Assembly (NCBI GenBank): GCA_944349335.1
Contig: CALVMW010000001.1
Location: forward strand, 80,309-144,308
Length of the DNA: 64,000 nucleotides
Source of the DNA: an uncultured Bacilli bacterium
GTDB taxonomy: Bacteria; Bacillota_I; Bacilli_A; RFN20; CAG-288
Reading direction: 5' to 3'
Shown here: positions 28,523-38,900 of the stretch, one piece after another
Layout: each line of letters starts with the position of its first letter
Numbering within the stretch: position 1 is the first letter of the stretch
Program-made: the position numbers and the translations under genes
Notes under the pieces: generated by a model
What the model was told of the DNA's origin: nothing
Seen by the model: only the letters and a program-made list of their open reading frames with translations
Database searches by the model: none

Positions 28523-30940
28523 TCATTCTATAGATTTAAGTGATTCACTCATACTTATTTTTTTCATCTTTAATGAAAGAAGATAAGACACTAAAATACT
28601 AACAACAAAGGAAATTATAAAAGCGATCAGATATGTATACCAATAGATATGATAAACGAAATTTAAGAGGTTAGTCTGATTGACATATAGTACTAATACC
28701 GTCAAAGGATATCCAGCAATTAAACCTAAAACAGTACCAATAAAAACATCGACCATCATTTCATAGGTTAAAGTTTTAGCAATCTCTTTAAAGCGGAAGC
28801 CTAAAACTTTTAAAGTAGCGATCTCTCTAGTCCTTTCAGTAATATTTAAAGAAGTTAAATTATAAATAACAACAATTGAGAGAACAATAGCAAAAGCCTT
28901 GATCACATTAGTCATAACCATAATCGAAGAGAGGATTGAATTTATGTATTCATCGATATTTTCTTTTGTATTGATCGATAAAAAATTATATTCTAGAGAA
29001 ATTTCTTCCTTAAATTCACTTCTAGAAACACCTTCTTCTAACTGGACGTATACTAAACTAGGTTCATGTTCCTCATCATTTACTTTATAAATACCAAAGA
29101 GAAAAGAAGTTTCAAAAACATCTCTAATAACTTCTTTACTAGTATTACTGCCTTCGATCACTGTTAGTGTATCACCAATATTAACACCTAAGTCCTCGGC
29201 AGTTTTAGCATCTATAGTTATACCATCAGCATAAACAGGAATACTATATATATTAGATTCCGCTTCGATATAATAAATTGTACTAGCAATATTTGATTCA
29301 CCGATAAGAGTACAGTCTTCACTAAAGACACCTTCAAGATTTTTTACTCTTTCATCATCTTTTAGTTGTTTTAAAGCCGCATCTTGATTTAAACCAGGAA
29401 CGATCAATATATCCATCTTAACATTCTGACCATAATCTAAAGCGATATCATAATTTAAAGTATCCATGATGCCAAAGCCGCAGACTAAAAGAGATGTACA
29501 GCCAAAAAGGCCTAAGACAACCATCAGAGATTTACCTTTATTCATCAAGATATTTCTTAAAGCTAAACGCCAAGAAATATTGGTTTTTTTGCTTAAGAAT
29601 TCTTCATTTTTCGCTTTGAATTTAACATTCTTTTCTTTAGGTCTTAAAGTAGCAACTGGCTTCTCTTTTATTAAAGAGTGCGATATTAAAAAAGAACAGA
29701 TAAAAGCTAATAAAATAAGAATTAGAGTTATACAGATAGATAAGGGATAAAAAAAGTGAACAGATGCAAAAGGTATATCCCATAAAAGAGTATATTTTAT
29801 TCCAAGGACATTAGGTATAAATAATGGACCGATAAAGAAACCGAGAATAGAACCTAAAGCGCAGATACTCATTCCATAAATAGAATAATGAAGATATATC
29901 TGTCTTTTTTTAACACCGATAGCTTTTAATGTTCCTATATCGGGACGCGATTTTAAGATTAATTGCGATAAAGTTGTTAAAATTACTAAGACTGAAACTA
30001 AAAAGAAGATTATTGGAAAAACATAAGTGAGGTATTCTGATTGATGAACTTCACGATTTAAATCAGCGATAGATGAAATATCTTCTCCTTTTTGAATAGC
30101 TAATAGATCGTCACTAGAAGAAAATAATTCCTCGACATCTAAGATTGTCGTATCAATATTTGCAGTAGTAATTAAAACTTGACTTGCTAATGAATCGATG
30201 TTTTCATTTATCAATGTTTCAATATCATAAGAAAATATGGCTAAAAACGAAGAGATTTTTTCAACATCAAAATTAGAATTTAAGACATTTAAAAAAGAGG
30301 AGACCAGTTCATCTTTTTGAATATAAAAAGAAGGGGCTGAAAAGTTAGCACTCTGACACGCTTCAATAAAATACATCGTGCCAGTAATAGTAAAATTAAG
30401 AGATAGATCACCCTTTTTAAAAACATTTTCTTTTCCATCTAAGACAAAATTATCCAATAGATTAGTAATCTCACTGAAACTCGATAGATAAGTGCTATCT
30501 ATCGTTAGAGAGATCGTATCACCGATCTTTAGAGCATAATTTTCTAAAAAAGAAGAAGTAACTAATACCCCTTTTTCACCTTCCTTAATGATCGGAGTAG
30601 ACAATTCTTCACTATCAAGAGGAGTGTATAAATATGACAAAACATTATCATACTTAATCGGTGCATATATTCTTCTATCGATCTTTTCAATACCATCTAA
30701 AGAAAAAAGAGAATTATATTTTTCCTCATCTATTCGCTGCATCGTTAAATAAACGTCAGCAAGATTAGAACCATCATAAAGAATCTCAGTTCTATTTTTT
30801 ATATTCATCGCATTTGAATACAGCCCTGAAAATAAGCAAATAGCTAAAAAGGATATACAAAATAAAGATATAAGTTGCTTCCAATTTTTCAAAAGATTTC
30901 TTAGAAGCAATTTAAACATTATTAGTGAGGTTTTCATCAA
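28523..30940 (-). CDS. ABC transporter permease, FtsX/MacB-like (805 aa, two FtsX modules with large extracytoplasmic domains)
   Basis: Multiple TM clusters separated by large hydrophilic domains; overlaps and follows the ATPase gene. Confidence 0.75.
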   Translation of the reverse strand: MMKTSLIMFKLLLRNLLKNWKQLISLFCISFLAICLFSGLYSNAMNIKNRTEILYDGSNLADVYLTMQRIDEEKYNSLFSLDGIEKIDRRIYAPIKYDNVLSYLYTPLDSEELSTPIIKEGEKGVLVTSSFLENYALKIGDTISLTIDSTYLSSFSEITNLLDNFVLDGKENVFKKGDLSLNFTITGTMYFIEACQSANFSAPSFYIQKDELVSSFLNVLNSNFDVEKISSFLAIFSYDIETLINENIDSLASQVLITTANIDTTILDVEELFSSSDDLLAIQKGEDISSIADLNREVHQSEYLTYVFPIIFFLVSVLVILTTLSQLILKSRPDIGTLKAIGVKKRQIYLHYSIYGMSICALGSILGFFIGPLFIPNVLGIKYTLLWDIPFASVHFFYPLSICITLILILLAFICSFLISHSLIKEKPVATLRPKEKNVKFKAKNEEFLSKKTNISWRLALRNILMNKGKSLMVVLGLFGCTSLLVCGFGIMDTLNYDIALDYGQNVKMDILIVPGLNQDAALKQLKDDERVKNLEGVFSEDCTLIGESNIASTIYYIEAESNIYSIPVYADGITIDAKTAEDLGVNIGDTLTVIEGSNTSKEVIRDVFETSFLFGIYKVNDEEHEPSLVYVQLEEGVSRSEFKEEISLEYNFLSINTKENIDEYINSILSSIMVMTNVIKAFAIVLSIVVIYNLTSLNITERTREIATLKVLGFRFKEIAKTLTYEMMVDVFIGTVLGLIAGYPLTVLVLYVNQTNLLNFVYHIYWYTYLIAFIISFVVSILVSYLLSLKMKKISMSESLKSIE

Positions 30941-31638
30941 TAATCTAAATCCTCTATACTCTCTTTCTTCTCCTGTATAATATCTTCAACAACTTGACCA
31001 TCTTCAATTTTTATAACATGATCTGCGATATTACAAAGAGAAGAATTATGAGTGACGATGATGACTGTCGTCTTATATTGACGACAAAGAGAAAATAATA
31101 ATTTAATGATATTTCTACCTGTCTTTGAATCAAGAGCACCTGTCGGTTCATCACAAAGAAGGAGTTTAGGATTTTTAACTATCGCCCGCGCGATAGAGAT
31201 TCTTTGTTGCTCACCACCAGACAATTGATAGGGGAAATTACCTCTTCTATCTTTGAGTCCCACTTTAGTGATAATATCGAGGCTATCTAAAGGATGAGAG
31301 ACAATAGAACTAGCTAAAGCGACATTCTCATAAGCAGTAAGGTTAGCGATAAGATTATAAAATTGAAAAACAAAACCGATATCTTCTCTTCGAAAATCTT
31401 CTAAGAATCGCATATCGGCTGTAGCTAAATCTTTCCCATCGATAAAATAATGTCCACTAGTTAAAGTATCCATTCCACCTAAAATATTAAGTAAAGTAGT
31501 TTTACCTGCACCAGATGAACCGATAATTACAACTAGTTCTCCTTTTTCAATCGAAAAATCGATATTTTTTAAAGCGTGAACTAAGGTAGTTTTTTCACCA
31601 TAATCCTTAGATAAGCTTTTAACTTCGATAAATTTCAA
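30937..31638 (-). CDS. ABC transporter ATP-binding protein (MacB/LolD-like)
   Basis: Walker A GSSGAGKTTLL, signature LSGGEQQRISIARA, Walker B LLLCDEPTGALD. Confidence 0.85.
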   Translation of the reverse strand: MKFIEVKSLSKDYGEKTTLVHALKNIDFSIEKGELVVIIGSSGAGKTTLLNILGGMDTLTSGHYFIDGKDLATADMRFLEDFRREDIGFVFQFYNLIANLTAYENVALASSIVSHPLDSLDIITKVGLKDRRGNFPYQLSGGEQQRISIARAIVKNPKLLLCDEPTGALDSKTGRNIIKLLFSLCRQYKTTVIIVTHNSSLCNIADHVIKIEDGQVVEDIIQEKKESIEDLDY

Positions 31639-31648
31639 GCTATTTACC

Positions 31649-32140
31649 TCAATAGTCAGCTTTACCGTGAATATCTAAATAATCTTGATACAAATCTAAG
31701 CATCTATCACGCGAAATTTCGATAAAGTTGTCCTCATATTTCTTTGATTGTTTAATCTTTTCAAAGAATAATTTATCACCAAAACCAATTTTTTCTGTAT
31801 CCTCAAGATTACAGCCATAATAAACTTTATCAATATTAGACCAACAGATAGCACCAAAACACATAGGACAAGGAATACCAGTAGTATATAATTCACAGCC
31901 TTTTAAATTAAAAGTATTTAAGGCTTTACAAGCTTTTCTAATAGCATTCATTTCACCGTGACTTGTCGAATCATTATCTTTTAAAACTTGATTATGAGCC
32001 CTAGCGACAATAATTGCTTCGCCGTTACTACCTTCCTTAACGATGATAGCACCAAAAGGACCACCTTCATTATTAGTGATTCCTTCTTTAGCTTCTTCAA
32101 GTGCTAAATTCATCAAAGCTTCGTGATCAGTAAATAACAT
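31649..32140 (-). CDS. nucleoside deaminase of the CMP/dCMP deaminase zinc-binding family (TadA/GuaD-like)
   Basis: HGEMNAIRKA and PCPMCFGAI zinc-ligand motifs. Confidence 0.75.
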   Translation of the reverse strand: MLFTDHEALMNLALEEAKEGITNNEGGPFGAIIVKEGSNGEAIIVARAHNQVLKDNDSTSHGEMNAIRKACKALNTFNLKGCELYTTGIPCPMCFGAICWSNIDKVYYGCNLEDTEKIGFGDKLFFEKIKQSKKYEDNFIEISRDRCLDLYQDYLDIHGKADY

Positions 32141-32142
32141 AA

Positions 32143-32373
32143 TTAGTCAAACCAAATAACTTTATCATATAAAGCGATAGTTATGATGTCGACTATCCAT
32201 AAAATAGAGGGGCCTAAGAGTAATAAAATGATGCCGACAACAATACCGATAGAATCATTTTTCTCTAAAGATTTGATAAGTCTATAGACTGACCAAATAA
32301 TATCTAAAAAAGGCAAAGCAAAAATAATCTTAACAACCTTGCTTTGGTTATCTAAAAAATTACAGAATTCCAT
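32143..32373 (-). CDS. small hydrophobic membrane protein (76 aa)
   Basis: ORF with two predicted TM segments; no homology recognised. Confidence 0.35.
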   Translation of the reverse strand: MEFCNFLDNQSKVVKIIFALPFLDIIWSVYRLIKSLEKNDSIGIVVGIILLLLGPSILWIVDIITIALYDKVIWFD

Positions 32374-32447
32374 GATTCTTTCCTCCTTTAAGTATTATAT
32401 CACCTTCATGCACTTTCATTGTGCTAAAATATTTTTGAGGTTAATAT

Positions 32448-33374
32448 ATGGAGAAAAATAGTATCATCTTTTTAGGAACACCTACTATCTCAGCTTATGT
32501 TTTAGAAGGATTAATAAAAAATAATTTTAATGTTGTTGCTTGTATTACAAAAGAAGATAAAGTTAGAGGAAGGAATAATGAAATTAAGGAAAGCGATGTA
32601 GCCTTGATCGCTAAAAAGTACAATATCCCTTGCTATAAACCACATAAATTAAATTTAGAATGTGATTTTATTGATCAATATAATCCTGATCTATTATTAA
32701 CTTTTGCCTATGGACAAATATTATCTACGAAAGTTCTTGCAAAATGCCGCTATAAACCCCTTAATCTCCACGCATCTCTCTTACCTAAATATCGAGGGGC
32801 TGCACCGATTCAATATGCCTTACTTAATGGTGAAAAAGAGACCGGAGTCTCACTTATGGAGATGGTAAAAGAGATGGATGCTGGAGACATCTATGCAAGT
32901 GCAACTATAAATATTGATAAAGATGATAATTATACTTCTTTATCGGAAAAGATCAGCCGATGCTCATTAGATTTAGCCATTAAAAATCTCCCGCTTTATT
33001 TTGAAAATAAACTTACTCCAATAAAACAAGACGAGACAAAAGCAACTTTTTGTCCCTCGATAAAAAAAGATGAAGAACATTTAGCCTTAGATAGCTGTCA
33101 ATCTTTTATTAATAAAATTAGAGCACTTTCTTTTACTCCAGGCGCTTACTTATTATTAAATGATGAGATGATCAAGATTTATAAAGCAAGTTACTTTAAT
33201 GACAAGATAGAAGGGGATATAGGAAAAGTTATTTTTGCCCATAAAAAGAATATTATTTTACAATTAAATGATGGACAAGTTAGAATTGAGATATTACAAA
33301 GACCGGGAAAAAAGATGATGGATGCTGCTAGTTTTAATAATGGTTTTAAATTAGAAGGAATGATTTTAAGATGA
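32448..33374 (+). CDS. fmt: methionyl-tRNA formyltransferase
   Basis: IIFLGTP...NLHASLLPKYRGAAPIQYALLNGEKETGVSLM (formyltransferase active-site region). Confidence 0.9.
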   Translation: MEKNSIIFLGTPTISAYVLEGLIKNNFNVVACITKEDKVRGRNNEIKESDVALIAKKYNIPCYKPHKLNLECDFIDQYNPDLLLTFAYGQILSTKVLAKCRYKPLNLHASLLPKYRGAAPIQYALLNGEKETGVSLMEMVKEMDAGDIYASATINIDKDDNYTSLSEKISRCSLDLAIKNLPLYFENKLTPIKQDETKATFCPSIKKDEEHLALDSCQSFINKIRALSFTPGAYLLLNDEMIKIYKASYFNDKIEGDIGKVIFAHKKNIILQLNDGQVRIEILQRPGKKMMDAASFNNGFKLEGMILR

Positions 33375-33835
33375 AAACAAATGCGATGCGTATTTTAGAT
33401 AAGTTAAAAATTTCTTATGAAGTTTTTGACTATAGCAAGTCTAGTGCTATCAGTGCTCTTGATGTAGCTAAGTTTTTAAATGAAGATCCAAGATTTGTTT
33501 TTAAAACTTTAGTTACCTACGCTAAATCAAAAGAACATTATGTTTTTGTTATTCCTAGCTTAGGCGAATTAGATTTAAAAAAAGCTAGTATAGTTACTGA
33601 TGAAAAATATATAGAGATGCTCCCACAAAAAGAACTCCTCAGTTTAACCGGATATATCCATGGTGGATGTTCTCCTATCGGTATGAAAAAAGTATTTCCA
33701 ACCTTTCTTCATTCTTCTGCTAAAACACTCCCATATATTTTTATTTCGGGAGGAAAAGTCGGTCTTCAAATCAAAATCGCTCCGCATGATTTAGAAAAAG
33801 TAATTAAGTTAGACTATAGAGATTTAATTATTTAG
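33371..33835 (+). CDS. ybaK: Cys-tRNA(Pro)/aa-tRNA deacylase YbaK/EbsC family
   Basis: YbaK-like size (154 aa) and motifs (RILDKLKISYEVF...GGCSPIG). Confidence 0.75.
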   Translation: MKTNAMRILDKLKISYEVFDYSKSSAISALDVAKFLNEDPRFVFKTLVTYAKSKEHYVFVIPSLGELDLKKASIVTDEKYIEMLPQKELLSLTGYIHGGCSPIGMKKVFPTFLHSSAKTLPYIFISGGKVGLQIKIAPHDLEKVIKLDYRDLII

Positions 33836-33840
33836 ACAAC

Positions 33841-33872
33841 AAAAAAGGGGATTTAACTCCCCTTTTATTTTT
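33841..33872. terminator. bidirectional intrinsic terminator between the convergent ybaK and fba
   Basis: aaaaGGGGAtttaacTCCCCtttt hairpin with T-runs on both strands. Confidence 0.7.
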
Positions 33873-33879
33873 AATTAGA

Positions 33880-34758
33880 TTAGAGACCAGCCTTACCGAC
33901 AGAGCCGAAGACTTCCATTCTCTCCTTAACCTTAGCTTTAATAGCTTCATAGCCAGGTTTTAAGAGTTTACGAGGATCAAATCCCTTCTTATCCGGATCA
34001 GGTGCAGCCTTACCAGCGACACAATAATCAACAGTAGCAGCAGCAAAGACAAGCTGGCAATCAGTATTAACATTAACTTTGCTAACACCATTATAGATAG
34101 CCTTCTTGATCTGCTCATCAGGAATACCTGTTCCGCCATGTAAAACGAGAGGAATATGATCGGTTCTCTCATGGATTCTCTCTAAAGCATCAAAATGAAG
34201 TCCTTTCCAATCGGCAGGATAAATACCATGGATATTACCGATACCAGCAGCTAAGAAATCAACACCTAAACCAGCGATCTTAGCGCACTCTTCAGGATCA
34301 GCGATTTCACCATCAGCTGTAACACCATCTTCAGTACCACCGATAGCGCCGACTTCAGCTTCGATAGAAAGTCCAAAGTCATGAGCCATAGCAACTAATT
34401 CCTTAGTTTTAGCAACATTCTCATCAAAAGCGAAATGAGAACCGTCGAACATAATAGAAGTGAAACCAGCAGCGATACAAGCTTTAGCACCTTCATAAGT
34501 ACCATGATCAAGATGTAAAACAACAGGAACAGTGATACCTAAAGATTCATCCATAGCACGGACCATGCTAGCGACGGTCTTAAAACCAGTCATGTACTTT
34601 GCAGCACCTTCGGAAACACCTAAGATGACAGGAGAATTCAACTCTTGAGCAGTGGTTAAAATAGCCTTTGTCCACTCTAAATTGTTGATGTTGAATTGAC
34701 CGACAGCATAGTGTCCATCTCTTGCGAGTCTTAACATACGTGTAGCGTTAACTAACAT
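33880..34758 (-). CDS. fba: class II fructose-bisphosphate aldolase
   Basis: VGQFNINNLEWTKAILTTAQELNSPVILGVSEGA... and His zinc ligands (HLDHG, VLHGGTG). Confidence 0.9.
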   Translation of the reverse strand: MLVNATRMLRLARDGHYAVGQFNINNLEWTKAILTTAQELNSPVILGVSEGAAKYMTGFKTVASMVRAMDESLGITVPVVLHLDHGTYEGAKACIAAGFTSIMFDGSHFAFDENVAKTKELVAMAHDFGLSIEAEVGAIGGTEDGVTADGEIADPEECAKIAGLGVDFLAAGIGNIHGIYPADWKGLHFDALERIHERTDHIPLVLHGGTGIPDEQIKKAIYNGVSKVNVNTDCQLVFAAATVDYCVAGKAAPDPDKKGFDPRKLLKPGYEAIKAKVKERMEVFGSVGKAGL

Positions 34759-34856
34759 TTTGGAAATACCCCCTAATTGTTATCTTTTGATATTTTAGTT
34801 TTTTTCTAATGCTTTTACAATGATTTTAATTTTAAATCATAAAAAGAAATCAATTT

Positions 34857-36227
34857 TTACTTCTGAAACTTCTCTTTTAACTCATCGACAACTTTCTTCT
34901 TATAAGGAAGAGAAAACTCTAAATAATCTTTATCACCTTCTACTTGGTGCAAAGTTAACTCTTGGCCTTTGTATATAAACTTCGTTTTAATCTTTTCTTT
35001 TACAGGTCCTATTAAAAATCCGGCTGATAAAAAGTCTTTTAAACAGGAATTTTCATCATCCCATACTTTATAAAACTCACCCTCTTTAATGATGACATTG
35101 ATGGGACGAATGATCTTACCATCTTTTCTTCTCTTAGCTACTCCTTTATGTACTAATGAAGAAGGAACATAAGTGATTCCTGAATCATATGAGACCTCTC
35201 TTAACCTCAAGACATTAGAAAAAAGGGAATCATTAAAGGCTTCACCAGAAGTAGAGAAAAAGATATCTTTTTGGTATTCTTTCGAAATTATCTTCGTCTT
35301 TGCTATGAACGAATCTAAAGCATTTTTCTTAACTTCAATCTCATCTTTAGTCGTATATAATTCACCATTTCGCATCTCTTCAAAAGTCATATCGTTAAAA
35401 AAGAGGCAATCCGCATTTAATCTTGAAGGTAAAATCGTCTCATTATAAGCTTTAATAATATTCGTAAAGTATAACTTAGTAGTAAAAGTATTATTAGCTG
35501 ACGATATTTTTGCATCGCGAATAACTCTTCTAAGGAAGAGAGATTTTGGATTACCTGCGATAAAGTTTTTAATAAGAGAATTAGAGAAGGAGTTTAAAAT
35601 CAAGGAATTTAAGGCATAAATACCTTCGACAATGATTACATCATACAAAGAACCATCTATCTTTTTTTTACTTTGTACTCTCTCAGAGAAGATTTTTGAG
35701 TAAACTTTTTCAGTTATTGTTTTTCCTTCTAACAGTGCCTTAACATCATCGCTAGCTTCTTTTAAATCATAGACACTAGTCTCGTCAAAATTAAGTACTT
35801 TCCACTCGGCTTTTAATCCTTTAAGAAACATATTCATTTTCTCTACAGGAATTAAATCAGCGACTGCTACTCTTATTTTTTCTAAAACTTCATCACTATA
35901 TTTAGCATCAAAATCAACGTGATAAATTATCTTCTTTATCCTTTTTTCAATCTCTTTAATATTAGTTAATTCTCCATTAAAGTAATTTAAATTTACTTTA
36001 TTTGGGATGATAGCCGATAAACCGACATTATACTGATCTAATGATATCGTATAAGCTTTGTGAGAAAACTTCTTTAAAAGTTCAGTTAAATAAGTAGCAC
36101 AAAAAGATTTACCAGAAGATGAGGCACCAGCGATTAAAACGATGGCTTTTTTATCTGTTTCTAAACGTTCTTCAATTAAGTCTAGGTTAGCATAACCCCA
36201 TTTATCCATATGATGTACTACTATCAT
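34857..36227 (-). CDS. uridine-kinase/PRK-family P-loop kinase domain fused to a C-terminal CYTH-like domain
   Basis: P-loop IAGASSSGKS and DVIIVEGIYAL (uridine-kinase-like); C-terminal EIEVKKN...RLREVSYDSG resembles a CYTH (triphosphate tunnel) start. Confidence 0.5.
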   Translation of the reverse strand: MIVVHHMDKWGYANLDLIEERLETDKKAIVLIAGASSSGKSFCATYLTELLKKFSHKAYTISLDQYNVGLSAIIPNKVNLNYFNGELTNIKEIEKRIKKIIYHVDFDAKYSDEVLEKIRVAVADLIPVEKMNMFLKGLKAEWKVLNFDETSVYDLKEASDDVKALLEGKTITEKVYSKIFSERVQSKKKIDGSLYDVIIVEGIYALNSLILNSFSNSLIKNFIAGNPKSLFLRRVIRDAKISSANNTFTTKLYFTNIIKAYNETILPSRLNADCLFFNDMTFEEMRNGELYTTKDEIEVKKNALDSFIAKTKIISKEYQKDIFFSTSGEAFNDSLFSNVLRLREVSYDSGITYVPSSLVHKGVAKRRKDGKIIRPINVIIKEGEFYKVWDDENSCLKDFLSAGFLIGPVKEKIKTKFIYKGQELTLHQVEGDKDYLEFSLPYKKKVVDELKEKFQK

Positions 36228-36955
36228 AAGACATTAATCCATCCTAAGAATGCGTTACAAGTCTGATATAGAAGCTTACCTAAAGTAAAATTATCATTAT
36301 CTAAACATAGATCGCTGACTAAGTAATTCTGTAATGTTAAATTTCCAAAATGTGCAAGAGTATTAGAAATTAAAACTAGTAGGAACATGAGGATTAAGAC
36401 AGTTATCGTCATTTTTAAAAATCCTCTGACTGCACCTAAAATTCTACCGACTATTCCTCGTCCATCTTTACCTAATATCGGACCTAATATCGTATTAAAT
36501 AAGAAGCGGAAGAGAACTAAAAGAATAACTAAAAAGACAATAAAGAAGATTGCAAGTAAAGTCCAATAAGCAAAAGATGAAGAAATAGCGACACCTACTG
36601 TACTAGTAGTGACAAAAATATTTGATAAAAACATTCCTTGGAAGAACGTCGGGAAGGAAAGTTCAGTTAAGGCACTAGAGCATAATTGTTGAGAAGAAGT
36701 ATAACTTAAATCAACTAACGACTCAGCAAATATACCTTCTTGAGGAAGAAGACTATTATAGGCCATCGTTAAACTTTCACTGCCTAAAGAAGTAGACATG
36801 ATACCATAGGCAATAGGGATACCGATGTAATAAGCTAATAAAACAGCTCCGACAATCGAAAGAAAACGAATCGACCCTTTAGAAACACCCCTAAAGAATC
36901 CAAGAATAGCAGAAAAGCCTAAAAGGCAAGTTAAAATAATATCAATTGTGCTCAT
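36224..36955 (-). CDS. CvpA-family membrane protein
   Basis: N-terminus IDIILTCLLGFSAILGFFRGVSKG and four TM segments, typical of CvpA. Confidence 0.55.
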   Translation of the reverse strand: MSTIDIILTCLLGFSAILGFFRGVSKGSIRFLSIVGAVLLAYYIGIPIAYGIMSTSLGSESLTMAYNSLLPQEGIFAESLVDLSYTSSQQLCSSALTELSFPTFFQGMFLSNIFVTTSTVGVAISSSFAYWTLLAIFFIVFLVILLVLFRFLFNTILGPILGKDGRGIVGRILGAVRGFLKMTITVLILMFLLVLISNTLAHFGNLTLQNYLVSDLCLDNDNFTLGKLLYQTCNAFLGWINVL

Positions 36956-37514
36956 AATAAATACTCTTTTTTAGAATTTCTAATTTTTCATCACCTAATA
37001 AAACTTTGACGATAGCAAGGCCAAAATCTATGCTTGCAGCACAGCTTCTTGCAGTAATAAGCTTATCGTCTATAACAACATACTGATCTAAATATGTTCC
37101 ATCAAAATCTTCATTCATCGAAGTAAAACAAGTGTATTTTTTATTTTTTAAAAGACCTAAATGACCTAAAATAGTTGGTCCAGCGCAAATAGCAGCAATA
37201 TATTTATCTTTGTTTGCAAAATATTTAACCATAGAAAGAAAGAAGGGGTCTTTTTCCTCAACTATATATTCCGGTCCACCAGGGATGATAAGCATATCAT
37301 AATCATCAAAATTTACAGTGTGAACATCAACTAAATTTTTAACGCTAACACCATATCTACCTGTCGCTTCACTTCCGTTTAAAGAGGCAAAAGTAACATC
37401 GAGATTTGCTCTTCTTAAGATAGCTAAAGTACCGATCGCTTCTATATCTTCAAATCCATCAGTTACAATCATCAATAATCTCATAGAATCTACTCCTTTT
37501 GAATTCTTACTCAT
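36942..37514 (-). CDS. DJ-1/PfpI-family protein
   Basis: Nucleophile-elbow region AAICAGPTILGHLGLL; 190 aa. Confidence 0.8.
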   Translation of the reverse strand: MSKNSKGVDSMRLLMIVTDGFEDIEAIGTLAILRRANLDVTFASLNGSEATGRYGVSVKNLVDVHTVNFDDYDMLIIPGGPEYIVEEKDPFFLSMVKYFANKDKYIAAICAGPTILGHLGLLKNKKYTCFTSMNEDFDGTYLDQYVVIDDKLITARSCAASIDFGLAIVKVLLGDEKLEILKKSIYYEHN

Positions 37515-37769
37515 ATATTATTATAAGATATATACTATTATTTTTCACTTATTTACTTACCTTATTTATTATTTTAATATTTAAATTTATATAGATATTA
37601 AATGATAATGAATAATTTTATTTTTTATGCCTATTTTTCTATATTTTCTCCATATATTTACTCTTTATAGCAATAATAATTCATTTCTTTTAATTCAATT
37701 TATTATTGTTACTTAAGTATTGAAATTTTCTATTCATTAAAAAATATAAATGTTTTATAATTTATTTAT

Positions 37770-38900
37770 ATGAAAGCTATTGAAAAAGAATGTAATGATT
37801 TAAAAGGCTATAGTCTATGCTTTGAAGGGAATAAGCATCTAGCCACAATTATTGAACTTCCTTATAGAGAGGACACTTGGAAAGAAGAAGCTAAACCAGC
37901 CTTAGAAGAATTTCTTTTAGTCGCCCAATCTATCGCAAAATACGAAAAAGTTATCGTTGTTATCGATCCTAAGATCCCCTATGATGTAGTTGAGAAATTT
38001 CAATTTACAAACACTTTTATTTTACGTGAGAATTATAACGATTCCTGGGCAAGAGATAATACGCCTATCTTTATGAAGGATCAAGAAGAGAATCTAGTAG
38101 GTCTCGATTTTAAATTTAATAGTTGGGGCGGTAAATATAATGGTTTATATTCAGATTATGAATTTGATGATGCATTATCAAGAAATATCCTATTAGATTT
38201 AAGAATCCCTCGCCACGGTAAAAAAGATTTTGTCCTTGAAGGTGGAAATATTCTCTATGATGGTCATGGAACTCTTTTTACTTCGAAAGAGTGTCAAGTC
38301 TCTAAAGGTCGCAATCCTTTAATGAATATTAAAAAGATCGAGGAATATTTAAAAGAGGCCTTTAACGTCGAAAATATTGTCTTTGTTCCCTATGGTTTAT
38401 ATGCTGATGAAACTAGCGGCCATATCGATAATATCATCTCTCTTTTAGATGAAAATACGATCGCTTTATCTTTTTATAAAGAAGACGATGATCCTCAATA
38501 TCTGCGTTCAAAAGAAGATTATATCTTCTTAAAGAATATCGTAGATGTTAATAATAAAAAATATAATATCATCCTTTTACCTTGTCCTCGCCCTCTTTAT
38601 ATGTCAAAGGAAGATGAAAACAGTTTAATAACTCTCGATGGAATCAATAGAAAAGAAGGAAGAAGACTTGCAGCTTCTTATTGTAATCTGTATCAGGGAG
38701 AAAAATTTGTTTTAGTTCCTCAATTCTCCACTCAAGAAGATGAAGAAGCTCTAGCAATTTTAAAGAATTTTTATTCTGGTAAAAAAGAAGTCATTCCGAT
38801 TAAATCAAGAAATATTTTACTAGGTGGAGGTAATATTCACTGCATAACTAAAGAGATACCTTTCTCACCTAAATATGAGATCGACAAGGAGGTTTTATGA
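37770..38900 (+). CDS. aguA: agmatine deiminase
   Basis: Porphyromonas-type peptidylarginine-deiminase family; C-terminal GGGNIHCITKEIP with the catalytic Cys. Confidence 0.85.
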   Translation: MKAIEKECNDLKGYSLCFEGNKHLATIIELPYREDTWKEEAKPALEEFLLVAQSIAKYEKVIVVIDPKIPYDVVEKFQFTNTFILRENYNDSWARDNTPIFMKDQEENLVGLDFKFNSWGGKYNGLYSDYEFDDALSRNILLDLRIPRHGKKDFVLEGGNILYDGHGTLFTSKECQVSKGRNPLMNIKKIEEYLKEAFNVENIVFVPYGLYADETSGHIDNIISLLDENTIALSFYKEDDDPQYLRSKEDYIFLKNIVDVNNKKYNIILLPCPRPLYMSKEDENSLITLDGINRKEGRRLAASYCNLYQGEKFVLVPQFSTQEDEEALAILKNFYSGKKEVIPIKSRNILLGGGNIHCITKEIPFSPKYEIDKEVL

